Source: Rhodothermales bacterium
GTDB lineage: Bacteria; Bacteroidota; Rhodothermia; Rhodothermales; VXPQ01
Direction: 5' to 3'
NCBI GenBank assembly: GCA_951812345.1
Contig: OX638295.1
Span: 1,582,965 to 1,646,964 of the forward strand
DNA: 64,000 nucleotides
Below, piece after piece: positions 9,702 through 19,486 of the stretch. The notes beneath the pieces were generated by a model that saw nothing but the letters and a program-made list of their open reading frames with translations, was not told where the DNA came from and searched no databases. The position numbers and the translations under genes were made by a program. Positions within the stretch are counted from its first letter, which is position 1; each line of letters begins with the position of its first letter.

Positions 9702-11174
9702 ATGCAGAACATTATCCTACTGGCTTACCTCGGTGCTGCCGTGCTCTTCATTCTGGGCATGAAACGGCTGCAGTCCCCGGCGACAGCCCGTGCAGGAAAT
9801 CGGCTTGCCGCTATCGGCATGTTGATCGCTGTCGCGGCGACACTGTTGCTGCAGCGGATTCTTTCCCCGGTGGAAATGATCGCCGGGTTCGTGGTCGGCG
9901 CTGCCGTAGGCCTGTTACTGGCCCGGCGAGTGGCCATGACCAGTATGCCAGAGTTGGTTGCGGTATTCAACGGTTTCGGGGGCTTGGCGTCTGCACTCGT
10001 GGCAGGGGGAGAAATCGCGCGCTATCTGTCCGTCGAGGCGGGAGGCGGCGCGGTGGCTCAAGCCGCTCAGTCCATGACGGCGCTGACGCCGCTTGACGTA
10101 CCGGCGGCGATCACGGTCGTGCTGTGTATTCTGATCGGCACGATCACGTTTTCGGGAAGTTTTGTCGCGTTCGGCAAGCTGGGCGGGCACCTGAGCGGCA
10201 ACCCCGTTTCGTTTCCGGGTATGCGCGTGCTCACAGTGCTGGTGACGCTGGGCGCCCTCGGGGCGGGCGGATACCTGATCTACGGAGCCGGCGGTTCGTT
10301 TGCGGCAATGGATATGCAGGCCATCATGTGGGGCTCGCTGGCTCTGGGCCTCCTTTCGCTGGTATTGGGTATTCTCCTCGTCATCCCCATCGGGGGAGCA
10401 GACATGCCCGTCGTCGTGGCGCTTCTGAACGCCTATTCAGGGCTTGCCGCAGCAGCCACCGGGTTCATGCTCGACAACACGGCGCTCATCGTGAGCGGGG
10501 CGCTCGTCGGGGCATCGGGACTCATTCTGACCTCCATTATGTGCGAAGCAATGAACCGGTCATTGCTGAACGTACTGCTGGGCGGTTTTGGCGGAGACAG
10601 CGATGGGGGCGGCCCGGCCGTGGAAGGCGCCAGGCCCGATCTGACGGTGCAGGAAACGTCGGTCGAAGATGTGGCCATCCAGTTAACGTATGCCGAACAG
10701 GTGATTGTCGTGCCCGGCTATGGTATGGCTGTAGCCCAGGCGCAGCATCAGGTACGCGAACTATCGGATATGTTACAAGCCCAGGGTGTTACCGTGAAAT
10801 ACGCTATTCATCCGGTGGCCGGCCGCATGCCCGGACATATGAATGTATTGCTTGCAGAGGCGGACGTGCCGTACGACCAACTGTACGAAATGGACGATAT
10901 CAATAACGAATTCGGCATGACGGATGTGTCTCTCGTGATTGGCGCCAACGATGTGGTGAACCCATCAGCACGTACGGACAAGGCCAGTCCCATCTACGGG
11001 ATGCCCATTCTGGATGTGGATCGTTCCAGCACAGTGGTTGTGCTCAAACGCAGTCTGCGTCCCGGGTATTCCGGCATCGATAATATGTTGTTCTATCACG
11101 ACAACACACAGATGCTTTTCGGGGATGCGAAAGACTCGCTGTCGAAACTTGTGGCTGCCGTAAAAAATCTGTAG
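9702..11174 (+). CDS. pntB: NAD(P) transhydrogenase subunit beta
   Basis: 490 aa with a multi-TM N-terminus and the C-terminal NADP(H) domain VPGYGMAVAQAQH..HPVAGRMPGHMNVLLAEA..GANDVVNP. Confidence 0.95.
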   Translation: MQNIILLAYLGAAVLFILGMKRLQSPATARAGNRLAAIGMLIAVAATLLLQRILSPVEMIAGFVVGAAVGLLLARRVAMTSMPELVAVFNGFGGLASALVAGGEIARYLSVEAGGGAVAQAAQSMTALTPLDVPAAITVVLCILIGTITFSGSFVAFGKLGGHLSGNPVSFPGMRVLTVLVTLGALGAGGYLIYGAGGSFAAMDMQAIMWGSLALGLLSLVLGILLVIPIGGADMPVVVALLNAYSGLAAAATGFMLDNTALIVSGALVGASGLILTSIMCEAMNRSLLNVLLGGFGGDSDGGGPAVEGARPDLTVQETSVEDVAIQLTYAEQVIVVPGYGMAVAQAQHQVRELSDMLQAQGVTVKYAIHPVAGRMPGHMNVLLAEADVPYDQLYEMDDINNEFGMTDVSLVIGANDVVNPSARTDKASPIYGMPILDVDRSSTVVVLKRSLRPGYSGIDNMLFYHDNTQMLFGDAKDSLSKLVAAVKNL

Positions 11175-11248
11175 GCGGCTTCAGCACGAGGGGGCTCGTC
11201 CCGCACTCGTCTCTCTGCTCGGACCGGCGGTGGTCACCGCGCATTCGA

Positions 11249-11265
11249 GATCGGAGTATCCTTAA
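11249..11265 (+). repeat. solitary IS/MITE terminal-repeat copy (GATCGGAGTATCC + TTAA)
   Basis: AGTATCCTTAA is identical to the IS-remnant and MITE termini. The TTAA (11262-11265) contains the TAA stop codon of the minus-strand symporter gene. Confidence 0.6.
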
Positions 11266-12782
11266 ATAGTCACTTCCCCAACATCTTTCATCTGCTCTCT
11301 TCTTACAATCCGGCTGCTCAGCCAACCCGCACCCACACACGTCAGCGTCCCGATGGCGCCGAAAAGCAACCCGTTGATCGAGGTGAAAAAGGTGCAGTAC
11401 GCGAGCGCAACGGCAGACGCCAGCGCGCCAATCCACGCATGAAAGGCGGTGGTTCGACGCGTAAAGACGCCCAGGATAAACAGGCCTCCGAGGGTGCCGA
11501 GGAAAAGGCCGGTGATATCCAGAAACAGGCCCCAGAGCGCTCGCAGATCCAGCGTGCTGATGAGCATTGCGCTAACTGTACCGAGCACGCCCAGGATGAA
11601 TACAATGCGCCGGGCAAGGCCGAGCCACTGTTTCTCTTCCCGATCCGGTCGGAAGCGCTTGAAAAAGTCGGTGGTGACCGCAGTCGTGATGGAATGAATC
11701 GAAGAATCGAGGCTGGACATGGCGGCGGCAAACACCCCGGCAATGACCAGGCCGCCCAGACCGGCGGGCATTTCCCGGACAATGAACCAGGGCAATAGCT
11801 GATCGGGCCTTTCGAGGGTAGCGAGTCGATCCGGAAAGTTCTGATAAAAGACAAACAGCGCGGTACCGAGGAAGAAGAACAGGATGGATGCCGGTACGGC
11901 AAGCAAAGCGCCTGTCCAGATGGCGCTGCGAGCGGATTGCTCGGTCGGGGTGGTCATATACCGTTGCACGATCGCCTGATCCGTGGTGTAAGGCAGCAGA
12001 TTTGTAAAAACCATCCCGAGGAAGATGACGAACAGCGAATCACTGTACAGGTCCCAGCCGGGATTAATCAGGTTCCACTTGTCGTGCTCTGCGGCTTCCG
12101 TAACGATCTGCCCGAAGCCGCCGGGAATATCTGCAGCAATGATGCCCAGTGCGGCGAGCGCTCCGCCGATCAGTACGACGACCTGAATCACATCGGTCCA
12201 GATAACGGCTTCCATTCCGCCCAGTACGGTGTAGAGCGTGCTCAGTAACCCCATAAGCGCGATGCACAGAAAGAGATGCAAGCCCGTCACGGCGCTTAGC
12301 GCCAGGGCCGGCAGCAGCAAAACGATGCCCATTCTCCCCAGTTGAAACAGGATGAACGAAGCGGAGCCGAGCATGCGCAATGAGACGTCAAAGCGGTTTT
12401 CAAGATATTCGTAGGCGCTTGTGACGCGAAGCTTGCGGAAAAAAGGCAGGAAAAAGAAGATGACGATCGGGGCAATAAGCGGGATGCCCATGTTGACCAG
12501 GAAGCGTGTCCAGTCACTGGCGTAGGCGGTTGCAGGAATGGAGAGATAGGTGATGGCGGAGAGCATGGTTGCAAAGATGCTCAGGCCTGCCGCCCACCAC
12601 GGCATTCGTCCTCCGGCGAGAAAGAAATCCTGCGCCGTAGCGGCTCGCCGCGCAAAATAGACACCCATGGCAACGAGCAAGGCGAGGTAAACGCCCAGCA
12701 CCATGCTGTTTACGAGCCCAAAAGAGCTGGCTTCCTGCGCCAGACCGGTGATCAGGAAGTGTGTCAAGGCTTCATGGTTCAT
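11262..12782 (-). CDS. sodium:solute symporter (SSS family), probable sialate transporter by context
   Basis: Start refined to ATG 12782 (MNHEALTHF..). It overlaps the upstream lyase stop in an ATGA junction. About 13 TM segments with SSS-type motifs (FFLAGR..PWW, GGMEAVIWTDV). Confidence 0.88.
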   Translation of the reverse strand: MNHEALTHFLITGLAQEASSFGLVNSMVLGVYLALLVAMGVYFARRAATAQDFFLAGGRMPWWAAGLSIFATMLSAITYLSIPATAYASDWTRFLVNMGIPLIAPIVIFFFLPFFRKLRVTSAYEYLENRFDVSLRMLGSASFILFQLGRMGIVLLLPALALSAVTGLHLFLCIALMGLLSTLYTVLGGMEAVIWTDVIQVVVLIGGALAALGIIAADIPGGFGQIVTEAAEHDKWNLINPGWDLYSDSLFVIFLGMVFTNLLPYTTDQAIVQRYMTTPTEQSARSAIWTGALLAVPASILFFFLGTALFVFYQNFPDRLATLERPDQLLPWFIVREMPAGLGGLVIAGVFAAAMSSLDSSIHSITTAVTTDFFKRFRPDREEKQWLGLARRIVFILGVLGTVSAMLISTLDLRALWGLFLDITGLFLGTLGGLFILGVFTRRTTAFHAWIGALASAVALAYCTFFTSINGLLFGAIGTLTCVGAGWLSSRIVRREQMKDVGEVTI

Positions 12783-13702
12783 CGCGATGGACGTTCCAGA
12801 TCGACGTTTTCGAAGATAGCCAACGCGCTGACCTCTTCGTAAAGGGACTGTTTCTGTTCGGCGGAAAGCGGCGTCAGCGGCAGCCTGACTTCGCCGCAAT
12901 CGATGCCGCGCAGGGCCATGATGGTTTTGCCGGCACGGATTACGCCGTGTTTGAGCAACACCTCGACAAGGGCTACCGCGTGGTCGGAAAAGCGCTGAGC
13001 CGTTTCTATATCTCCTTGTTTAAACGCTTCCATCATCCGTAGATAATTTGGCGCCGCATAGTTATAGGTGCTGCCCACGGCCCCTTCCGCTCCTATTGCC
13101 AGCGCGCCCAGGAGCATCTCATCCGACCCGAAAAGCATCGTATACCGGCCGGATTCCATTGCCGCACAGCGGTGGAATTGCATCAAATCGCTTGCTGAAA
13201 ACTTGATGCCCGACAGGGTGGGTATGCGCTTGCTGCCGGTGCTCAAAAATTCGGGCATGGGCAGGTTGACGCCAGTCATGGAGGGGATGTGGTAGTAGAA
13301 AAAGGGCAACGCCGGCGCTGTCTCGGCAACCGCTGCGCAATATGCGACCAGACTATTGATGGAGGTCGGCTTAAAAAATGAAGGGGCAAGCGCCGCGATG
13401 CCGTGCGCCCGGATCGATTGGGCGTGCTCGGCCAGTCTGCGCGCTTCATATACGCTATTATGGCCTGCGTGCACGATAACGGCCAATCTGTCGCCGGCAT
13501 GAGCCACCCATTGCTCTGCCAGCAGCATGCGTTCATCGATGGTCAAAGAGGCGCCTTCTCCCGTTGTACCGCAAATAAAAACACCAGCAACTCCTTCTTT
13601 TTGCAGATGATCGGCCATATCCGGGATGATACCGGGGTTTACGCTGCCATCCGGGTGCATAGGAGTGTACGGAGCTGCAATCAGGCTGGTAAGTTTTTCC
13701 AT
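12779..13702 (-). CDS. nanA: N-acetylneuraminate lyase-like class I aldolase (DHDPS/NAL family, NPL-like)
   Basis: 307 aa with GTTGEG, YYHIP and the Schiff-base lysine context SGIKFS. The blocks PALPFFYYHIPSMTGV, IPTLSGIKFS and GAVGSTYNY match my memory of animal NPL closely. Confidence 0.8.
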   Translation of the reverse strand: MEKLTSLIAAPYTPMHPDGSVNPGIIPDMADHLQKEGVAGVFICGTTGEGASLTIDERMLLAEQWVAHAGDRLAVIVHAGHNSVYEARRLAEHAQSIRAHGIAALAPSFFKPTSINSLVAYCAAVAETAPALPFFYYHIPSMTGVNLPMPEFLSTGSKRIPTLSGIKFSASDLMQFHRCAAMESGRYTMLFGSDEMLLGALAIGAEGAVGSTYNYAAPNYLRMMEAFKQGDIETAQRFSDHAVALVEVLLKHGVIRAGKTIMALRGIDCGEVRLPLTPLSAEQKQSLYEEVSALAIFENVDLERPSR

Positions 13703-13728
13703 ATTGGGCTATTTGATGGAGCATTCCC

Positions 13729-14472
13729 TCATTTCCGGGAATGCAACGCTTCCATAACCGGATAGAGTACGCTCCAAACGTTTTCCGCAACGATCCGGTG
13801 CCCGGATTCGTTCGGATGGATGCCGTCCCTCTGCATGAGAGAATCCACGCCCCCTACGCCCTCGAGAAGAAAGGGAATCAGGTGGGTATTCTCCATACTG
13901 GTCAGCGTCGGGTAGATTTTCTGGAATGCCCGGGTGTAATCCTGTCCGAGATTGGGCGGAATTTGCATACCGGCCAGGATAATCTCCATGTTCGGGTTCG
14001 CGGTGCGCGCCTTATTGATAATCGTCTGCAGGTTGTTCTGCGTAACCTCGACCGGAATACCCCGTAAACCGTCATTACCTCCCAACTCCAGCACGAGAAT
14101 GCGCACCGGATGCTGCTGCAGGTACCAGTCTATGCGCCGCAGGCCTCCCGCACTCGTGTCTCCACTCAGTCCGGCATTGATCGCCTGTACATTCCATCCC
14201 AGTGAATCCATGCGATGTTGTATGAGCGCAGGAAAGGCGTTTGCGGGATCGACCCCCGCTCCTGCCGAAAGGCTGTTGCCCAGAAAGAGAACGATCGTAG
14301 CCGGCTTTTCCGCATTTTCTGTGTACTCCGCACCCGGGCTATTGCTTTGCTTCATCGCACGGGAGGCATTTCCTCCGTCCGGAGCAGTCGTTCCGATTCC
14401 CGTATCCCGGGACCCGCAAGCGAGGCACAGAACAGGAATGCAGGCAAGCAGGTATAGTTTGCCGATTTTCAT
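13729..14472 (-). CDS. tesA: SGNH/GDSL arylesterase-lysophospholipase, TesA-like, secreted
   Basis: Start refined to ATG 14472 (MKIGKLYLLACIP gives a signal peptide). SGNH blocks are GNSLSAG, SGDTS, ELGGNDG and DGIHPN. It is divergent from a ybbA/ybbP-like ABC pair, as in E. coli. Confidence 0.85.
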   Translation of the reverse strand: MKIGKLYLLACIPVLCLACGSRDTGIGTTAPDGGNASRAMKQSNSPGAEYTENAEKPATIVLFLGNSLSAGAGVDPANAFPALIQHRMDSLGWNVQAINAGLSGDTSAGGLRRIDWYLQQHPVRILVLELGGNDGLRGIPVEVTQNNLQTIINKARTANPNMEIILAGMQIPPNLGQDYTRAFQKIYPTLTSMENTHLIPFLLEGVGGVDSLMQRDGIHPNESGHRIVAENVWSVLYPVMEALHSRK

Positions 14473-14580
14473 GTATCGCAGGAAACATCCTTGCACCGAT
14501 GCAAGGGATGCATAAAAAACGCAACGGGCCTGATTCCAGCAAACCCGCAGGAAGGAAGGCCGGTTTCAGAAAGATTCCGC

Positions 14581-15267
14581 ATGGCGCCCATTCTTTCCGT
14601 TCGCAACCTTACCAAGACCTACCAGAGCGGCAACCGGTTGCTGACCGTGCTGCATGACGTATCCTTCGATTTGCGTCGGGGAGAAACATGCGCAGTGGTT
14701 GGCCCCTCCGGTTCCGGCAAGACCACGTTACTGGGCTTGTGCGCCGGGTTGGACCGGGCGACTTCGGGCAGTGTGGATTTGTCCGGTAACCGGCTGGACA
14801 CCATGTCGGAGGATGCGCTGGCGAAGCTTAGGAACCGGGAAGTCGGATTCATTTTCCAGACATTCCAGTTGATTCCGACGCTGACGGCGCTTGAAAATGT
14901 AATGGTTCCGGCAGAGTTGCGCGGCAGTAAGGGGGCTTACGAGCGGGCGAGCGAACTGCTCGACCAAGTGGGGCTCGGGGAGCGGATGTCCCATTATCCT
15001 GCGCAATTATCCGGGGGCGAACAGCAACGGGTATCCATTGCGCGGGCTTTTGTAAACCGGCCGGCGATGCTGTTCGCCGACGAGCCGACAGGCAATCTCG
15101 ACACGGATACGGGTGCTACGATCGAGGAACTTGTTTTCGAGATAAACGAGACCGCAGGAACAGCGCTCCTTCTTGTGACACACAATCATGAATTGGCTCA
15201 GCGGACGGGTCGCATTATCCGGCTTCGCGGCGGAGGTGTGGTTTCCGATGCCCTGACGAAAGCCTGA
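14581..15267 (+). CDS. ABC transporter ATP-binding protein (YbbA/LolD-like)
   Basis: Start refined to ATG 14581. Walker A GPSGSGKTT, signature LSGGEQQR, Walker B LFADEPTGNLD. Confidence 0.9.
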   Translation: MAPILSVRNLTKTYQSGNRLLTVLHDVSFDLRRGETCAVVGPSGSGKTTLLGLCAGLDRATSGSVDLSGNRLDTMSEDALAKLRNREVGFIFQTFQLIPTLTALENVMVPAELRGSKGAYERASELLDQVGLGERMSHYPAQLSGGEQQRVSIARAFVNRPAMLFADEPTGNLDTDTGATIEELVFEINETAGTALLLVTHNHELAQRTGRIIRLRGGGVVSDALTKA

Positions 15268-15280
15268 ACGTACGATAACA

Positions 15281-17800
15281 ATGCCGAATTCCTGGATATA
15301 CAGGATGGCGTGGCGAGACAGCCGGGGCAGCCGGCGGCAGCTGGCGCTTTTTTTGTCTTCGATGATCGTCGGCATCGCGGGCCTGGTCGCCATTTCATCG
15401 TTCGGAAGCAATCTCCGGAAGGTAGTGGACGACGAGTCGAAGACGTTACTGGGCGCCGATCTCGTGTTTGAATCCGGCCGACCGTTCGGGGATGCAGTGG
15501 AGGCGGCTATCGACTCTATCGGGGGGGCGCAGTCCCGGCTCATTTCGTTTCCTTCGATGGCCTGGTTTCCTGCCGGGGAGCAGTCCCGCCTGATGACCGT
15601 GCGGGTTGTCGAGGGGGTATTTCCCTTCTACGGGGAAATAGAAACCACGCCCGCAGGCGCCGCGGATAGATGGCTTGCTGACGGAGGCGCCCTGGTGGAC
15701 GCTGCGGTCATGCGGCTCTTCGGCGTACAGCCCGGTGACAGCGTACGCATCGGGCGGTATTTCTACCCTGTGGCAGGGCGCATCGATAAGATGCCCAGCG
15801 AGAACCAGATGATGTCGTTCTTCAGCCCGCGCGTGTACATCCCTGCCGCCAGACTGGACTCGACCCTCCTCTCCCGGGGCAGCCAGGCCGATTACGAATT
15901 GGCTTTTCGGTTCGATGATGGGAGAGACGTTGAAGCGCTTGTCGAGAACATGGGCCTGTTCTTGCGCGAAGAGGAAGTACGATACGACACGGTGGAAGAG
16001 GTCCGTGAAAATTGGGATGAGGGCCTGACCAATCTGTATCGATTTCTGAATGTAATAGCCTTTGTCGCGGTGCTGCTGGGAGGCATCGGGGTGGCTGGCG
16101 CCATCCATGTATATATCCGCCGTCGGATCGCAACGATCGCGGTGCTACGGTGCCTTGGAGCAGGTACCCTGCAAACCTTTTCTGTATATGCTGTGCAGAC
16201 AATCACGATGGGATTCGCCAGCAGTGTAATAGGCGCCGCGCTCGGCATAGGTGTACAGATGCTTGTACCGTCCGCGTTAAGCGATTTTCTTCCCGTGGAC
16301 GTGCCTTTCATGGTATCCTGGGGCTCTCTTGGAGCGGGAATGGCGCTTGGGGTTGGAGTAACTGCTGCCTTTGCCCTTTTTCCGCTTGTCTCCATTCGGC
16401 GCATATCCCCATTGCTGACACTGCGCTCGACGGTAGAGACCAGGCAAACCAGCCTGAAAGACCCCCTCTGGTGGATCGTTTTCGGGGTTGTTGCAACAGG
16501 TATCACGACTTTTTCCGTAGCCAATGCGCCTTCCCCCGGAATCGGGCTGGGATATACGATCGGGCTTGCCGCGGTCTTTGGCGCCCTTCTGATTACAGCC
16601 AAGGGGATCATCTGGGCTACGCACCGCTTCTTCCCGTCAAGGTGGAACTATATCTGGCGGCAAGGGCTGGCCAACCTGTTTCGGCCGAATAACCAGACGA
16701 GCACACTCGTACTTTCGCTGGGACTGGGCGCCTGTATTATCGGCACGCTTTTCGGCATTCAGCGAACGCTGCTGGCCCAGCTCGAAGTGTCCGAGGCCCG
16801 ACAATTACCCAATATCGTATTGTTCGATATCCAACCCGATGAGATCGAACCGGTTGTGCAGATTGTGCAGAACAAGGAGCTGCCTGTGCTCGATAGCGTG
16901 CCTATTGTCTCGATGCGTCTTGCCTCGGTGAACGGGCGCACTGTAGACGAGATGCGAGCGGACTCGACGGCAACCTGGGCGCACCGGCGCGAATACCGGG
17001 TAACGTACAGGGATTATCTGACCGAATCGGAAAAAGTGGTTGAGGGCGCATTCATCGGGGAAGCGGATCCGAACGATCCGTTGGCGCCGGTGTCTCTTGA
17101 CCAGGATATTGCCCGGGATCTGGATGTTGGCGTAGGAGACAGTCTCACGTTCAATGTACAGGGACAGTTGATCCCGGTTCGGGTCGCCAGCCTGCGCGAG
17201 GTGGAATGGCGGCGCATGGGCACGAATTTCTTTGTGGTGTTCCCTGCGGGCGTATTGGAAGAGACTCCCCGTTTTTACGTGCTGCTCAGCCGGACGGAAA
17301 CCGGAGAACAGGCGTCCGGGTTGCAGCGAGCCGTATTGGGTGATTACCCTTCGGTTTCCGTGATCGATCTGTCCCTTGTCCTGAGCACATTCGACACCAT
17401 TTTCTCCAGAATATCCTTTGTGGTCCGCTTTATGGCGTCCTTTAGTATTCTGACGGGAGTGATTGTGTTGATCGGGGCTGTAGTAGTGAGCAGGGTGCAG
17501 CGGCGGCGTGAAAGCGTCTTGCTGAAAACACTGGGGGCTTCACGGGCCGAAGTGCTCCGGATCATGACCGTCGAGTATCTTTTTCTTGGTTTCTTTGCAG
17601 CATTGACGGGTCTGGCGCTTTCGTTTGCGTCTGTGTGGGCGTTTTCGACCTTCATATTCGACACGAGCTTCAGGCCGGATATCGTTGCAACGCTTGTGTT
17701 ATTGGGCGCAATGCCTCTTCTGACGGTACTGATCGGACTTGTAAACAGTCGAAGCGTATACGGGCGCCCTCCACTGGATGTGCTGCGCACCGAAGTTTAA
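15281..17800 (+). CDS. ABC transporter permease, FtsX/MacB-type (YbbP-like)
   Basis: 839 aa with two FtsX-like 4-TM modules and large periplasmic loops. It follows the ATPase gene after 13 nt. Confidence 0.88.
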   Translation: MPNSWIYRMAWRDSRGSRRQLALFLSSMIVGIAGLVAISSFGSNLRKVVDDESKTLLGADLVFESGRPFGDAVEAAIDSIGGAQSRLISFPSMAWFPAGEQSRLMTVRVVEGVFPFYGEIETTPAGAADRWLADGGALVDAAVMRLFGVQPGDSVRIGRYFYPVAGRIDKMPSENQMMSFFSPRVYIPAARLDSTLLSRGSQADYELAFRFDDGRDVEALVENMGLFLREEEVRYDTVEEVRENWDEGLTNLYRFLNVIAFVAVLLGGIGVAGAIHVYIRRRIATIAVLRCLGAGTLQTFSVYAVQTITMGFASSVIGAALGIGVQMLVPSALSDFLPVDVPFMVSWGSLGAGMALGVGVTAAFALFPLVSIRRISPLLTLRSTVETRQTSLKDPLWWIVFGVVATGITTFSVANAPSPGIGLGYTIGLAAVFGALLITAKGIIWATHRFFPSRWNYIWRQGLANLFRPNNQTSTLVLSLGLGACIIGTLFGIQRTLLAQLEVSEARQLPNIVLFDIQPDEIEPVVQIVQNKELPVLDSVPIVSMRLASVNGRTVDEMRADSTATWAHRREYRVTYRDYLTESEKVVEGAFIGEADPNDPLAPVSLDQDIARDLDVGVGDSLTFNVQGQLIPVRVASLREVEWRRMGTNFFVVFPAGVLEETPRFYVLLSRTETGEQASGLQRAVLGDYPSVSVIDLSLVLSTFDTIFSRISFVVRFMASFSILTGVIVLIGAVVVSRVQRRRESVLLKTLGASRAEVLRIMTVEYLFLGFFAALTGLALSFASVWAFSTFIFDTSFRPDIVATLVLLGAMPLLTVLIGLVNSRSVYGRPPLDVLRTEV

Positions 17801-17839
17801 TAATCCACCACCTGTTGGCAGGTTTTTTTGGTAAAAGTA

Positions 17840-18565
17840 ATGGCAGGACTTGTGGACATAGAGGCAATCTCCCGCAATGCGCTCCGGATTAGAGCGCGTA
17901 TTGAAGATGCATGTCGCCGGGCAGATCGTTCACCCGACGAGATTACGCTCATTGCCGTATCCAAGACCTTTCCCATGGCGGCTGTGGAAGCGGCAATCAG
18001 GGCCGGAGTATGCCATTTCGGCGAGAACCGTGTGCAGGAACTGGCGGCAAAGTGCACAGAAGCCCCGGGACGTTGGCAGGGCGGAAACAGGACATGGCAC
18101 ATGATCGGGCATCTGCAGCGTAATAAGGCCAGAGATGTCGTTCGCTTTGCGGATTGTTTTCATGCGCTGGACAGCGTCCGGCTGGCCAAGGCATTGAACG
18201 AACGAGCCGAAACAGAAGAACGGGTGTTGCCCTGTCTGGTGCAGGTCAATATTTCCGGTGAAGCCAGCAAATTCGGGGTACATCCCGACGAGGTAGCGCC
18301 ACTGTTTGACGAAGTGACGCGCTGCGAACATATCCGGGTGGAAGGGTTGATGGCCATGACGTCGCTCCATGCCGAGCCGGACACAATTCGCCGCGAGTTT
18401 CGGAACATGCGGACCTTGTTCGATACGTTTCCGTCACAGATCGCCCCGAATATCTCCATGCAACAGCTTTCCATGGGTATGAGCCGGGATTTCGAGGAGG
18501 CGATCGAAGAAGGCGCTACCCATGTGCGAATCGGGAATGCCCTGTTTGGAGAACGAATTCGGTAG
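17840..18565 (+). CDS. YggS-family PLP-binding (PLP homeostasis) protein
   Basis: ATG 17840 preferred over TTG 17828. Motifs: LIAVSKT (PLP lysine), FGENRVQE, HMIGHLQRNK, LSMGMS.DFE.AIE.G.T.VRIG. Confidence 0.9.
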   Translation: MAGLVDIEAISRNALRIRARIEDACRRADRSPDEITLIAVSKTFPMAAVEAAIRAGVCHFGENRVQELAAKCTEAPGRWQGGNRTWHMIGHLQRNKARDVVRFADCFHALDSVRLAKALNERAETEERVLPCLVQVNISGEASKFGVHPDEVAPLFDEVTRCEHIRVEGLMAMTSLHAEPDTIRREFRNMRTLFDTFPSQIAPNISMQQLSMGMSRDFEEAIEEGATHVRIGNALFGERIR

Positions 18566-18699
18566 AAACCCGGAAAACAACCGTTTCATCCTTACCATGT
18601 GCCGGAAAAAATTCAGTATCTTGCATTGATATACGGCGATCGTCCTTCGATGTCTGCGGACGCGCAATCCTGATCCTCCGGCCTAAAGCGTGTTGTGTC

Positions 18700-19428
18700 A
18701 TGAAACTAACTCCGCTCGACATACGGAAACAGGAATTTTCCCGCAAGCTACGAGGCTACGACCCCGAGGAAGTGCGCTCGTTTTTGCAAATGGTTGCTAC
18801 ACAATGGGAAGAAGTCAGGGACGAACGCCAGGGGCTTGAAAGCAAACTGGGTGAGCTGAGGGCAAAACTCGAGCACTACGAGAAAGTAGAGGAGGCTCTT
18901 GAGGAGGCGTTACGCATCACACGCGAGTCGTCCGAAAAAACACTTAAAAATGCTGACGAGAAAGCCAAGGCAACCATAGAGAAGGCGGAATTCGAAGCCC
19001 GGGGAATAGAAGAACAGGCACAGCAGGCAGTCAATGAGATTCGCCGGCAGGCATCCAGATTGAACGATTATCGCCTGGAGCTTATGGCAAGGCTGCGTGC
19101 CCTGCTCACCTCCGAAACCGAACTGCTGGCCCGCTACGAAGAACATGCTTCAGTAGTTCTGGGCAAACTGTATTCGGCCAGCGAAGGCGAAAAAACACAG
19201 GCGCCCCCAGAGAAAACGGCCAAGGGAAAGACCCCTGACCGAATGAAAAAGGCAACTACACAAACGACAGATGCACGCACCAAAGCGGCGTCGGATAAGG
19301 CGCCCGGCGCACAGAAGAGCGGAGAAACCCCGGAAACAGAAGACGCGGGCGAGGGAGAGGACAGCGGCAATAAGGATTCATCATCGGATATCCAGCACAT
19401 CCGCCGCATTTTGAGCGATCTCGATTAA
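18700..19428 (+). CDS. DivIVA-domain protein
   Basis: The N-terminus MKLTPLDIRKQEFSRKLRGYDPEEVRSFL is the canonical DivIVA start. It is followed by coiled-coil and a low-complexity tail. It sits downstream of yggS, as in dcw-linked clusters. Confidence 0.85.
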   Translation: MKLTPLDIRKQEFSRKLRGYDPEEVRSFLQMVATQWEEVRDERQGLESKLGELRAKLEHYEKVEEALEEALRITRESSEKTLKNADEKAKATIEKAEFEARGIEEQAQQAVNEIRRQASRLNDYRLELMARLRALLTSETELLARYEEHASVVLGKLYSASEGEKTQAPPEKTAKGKTPDRMKKATTQTTDARTKAASDKAPGAQKSGETPETEDAGEGEDSGNKDSSSDIQHIRRILSDLD

Positions 19429-19486
19429 AAAACGAGGCGGGGTACAGCACCGCCTCAGTACTGGCTACCTTAAACCTGACTGAATT

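Noticed and set aside
19434-19456. Hairpin GAGGCGG-9 nt-CCGCCTC after divIVA as an intrinsic terminator
   Set aside because: On the + strand it is followed by no U-tract. The T-run lies on the opposite strand, where no gene needs terminating. It may still act as a U-tract-independent terminator, but the sequence alone does not support that.
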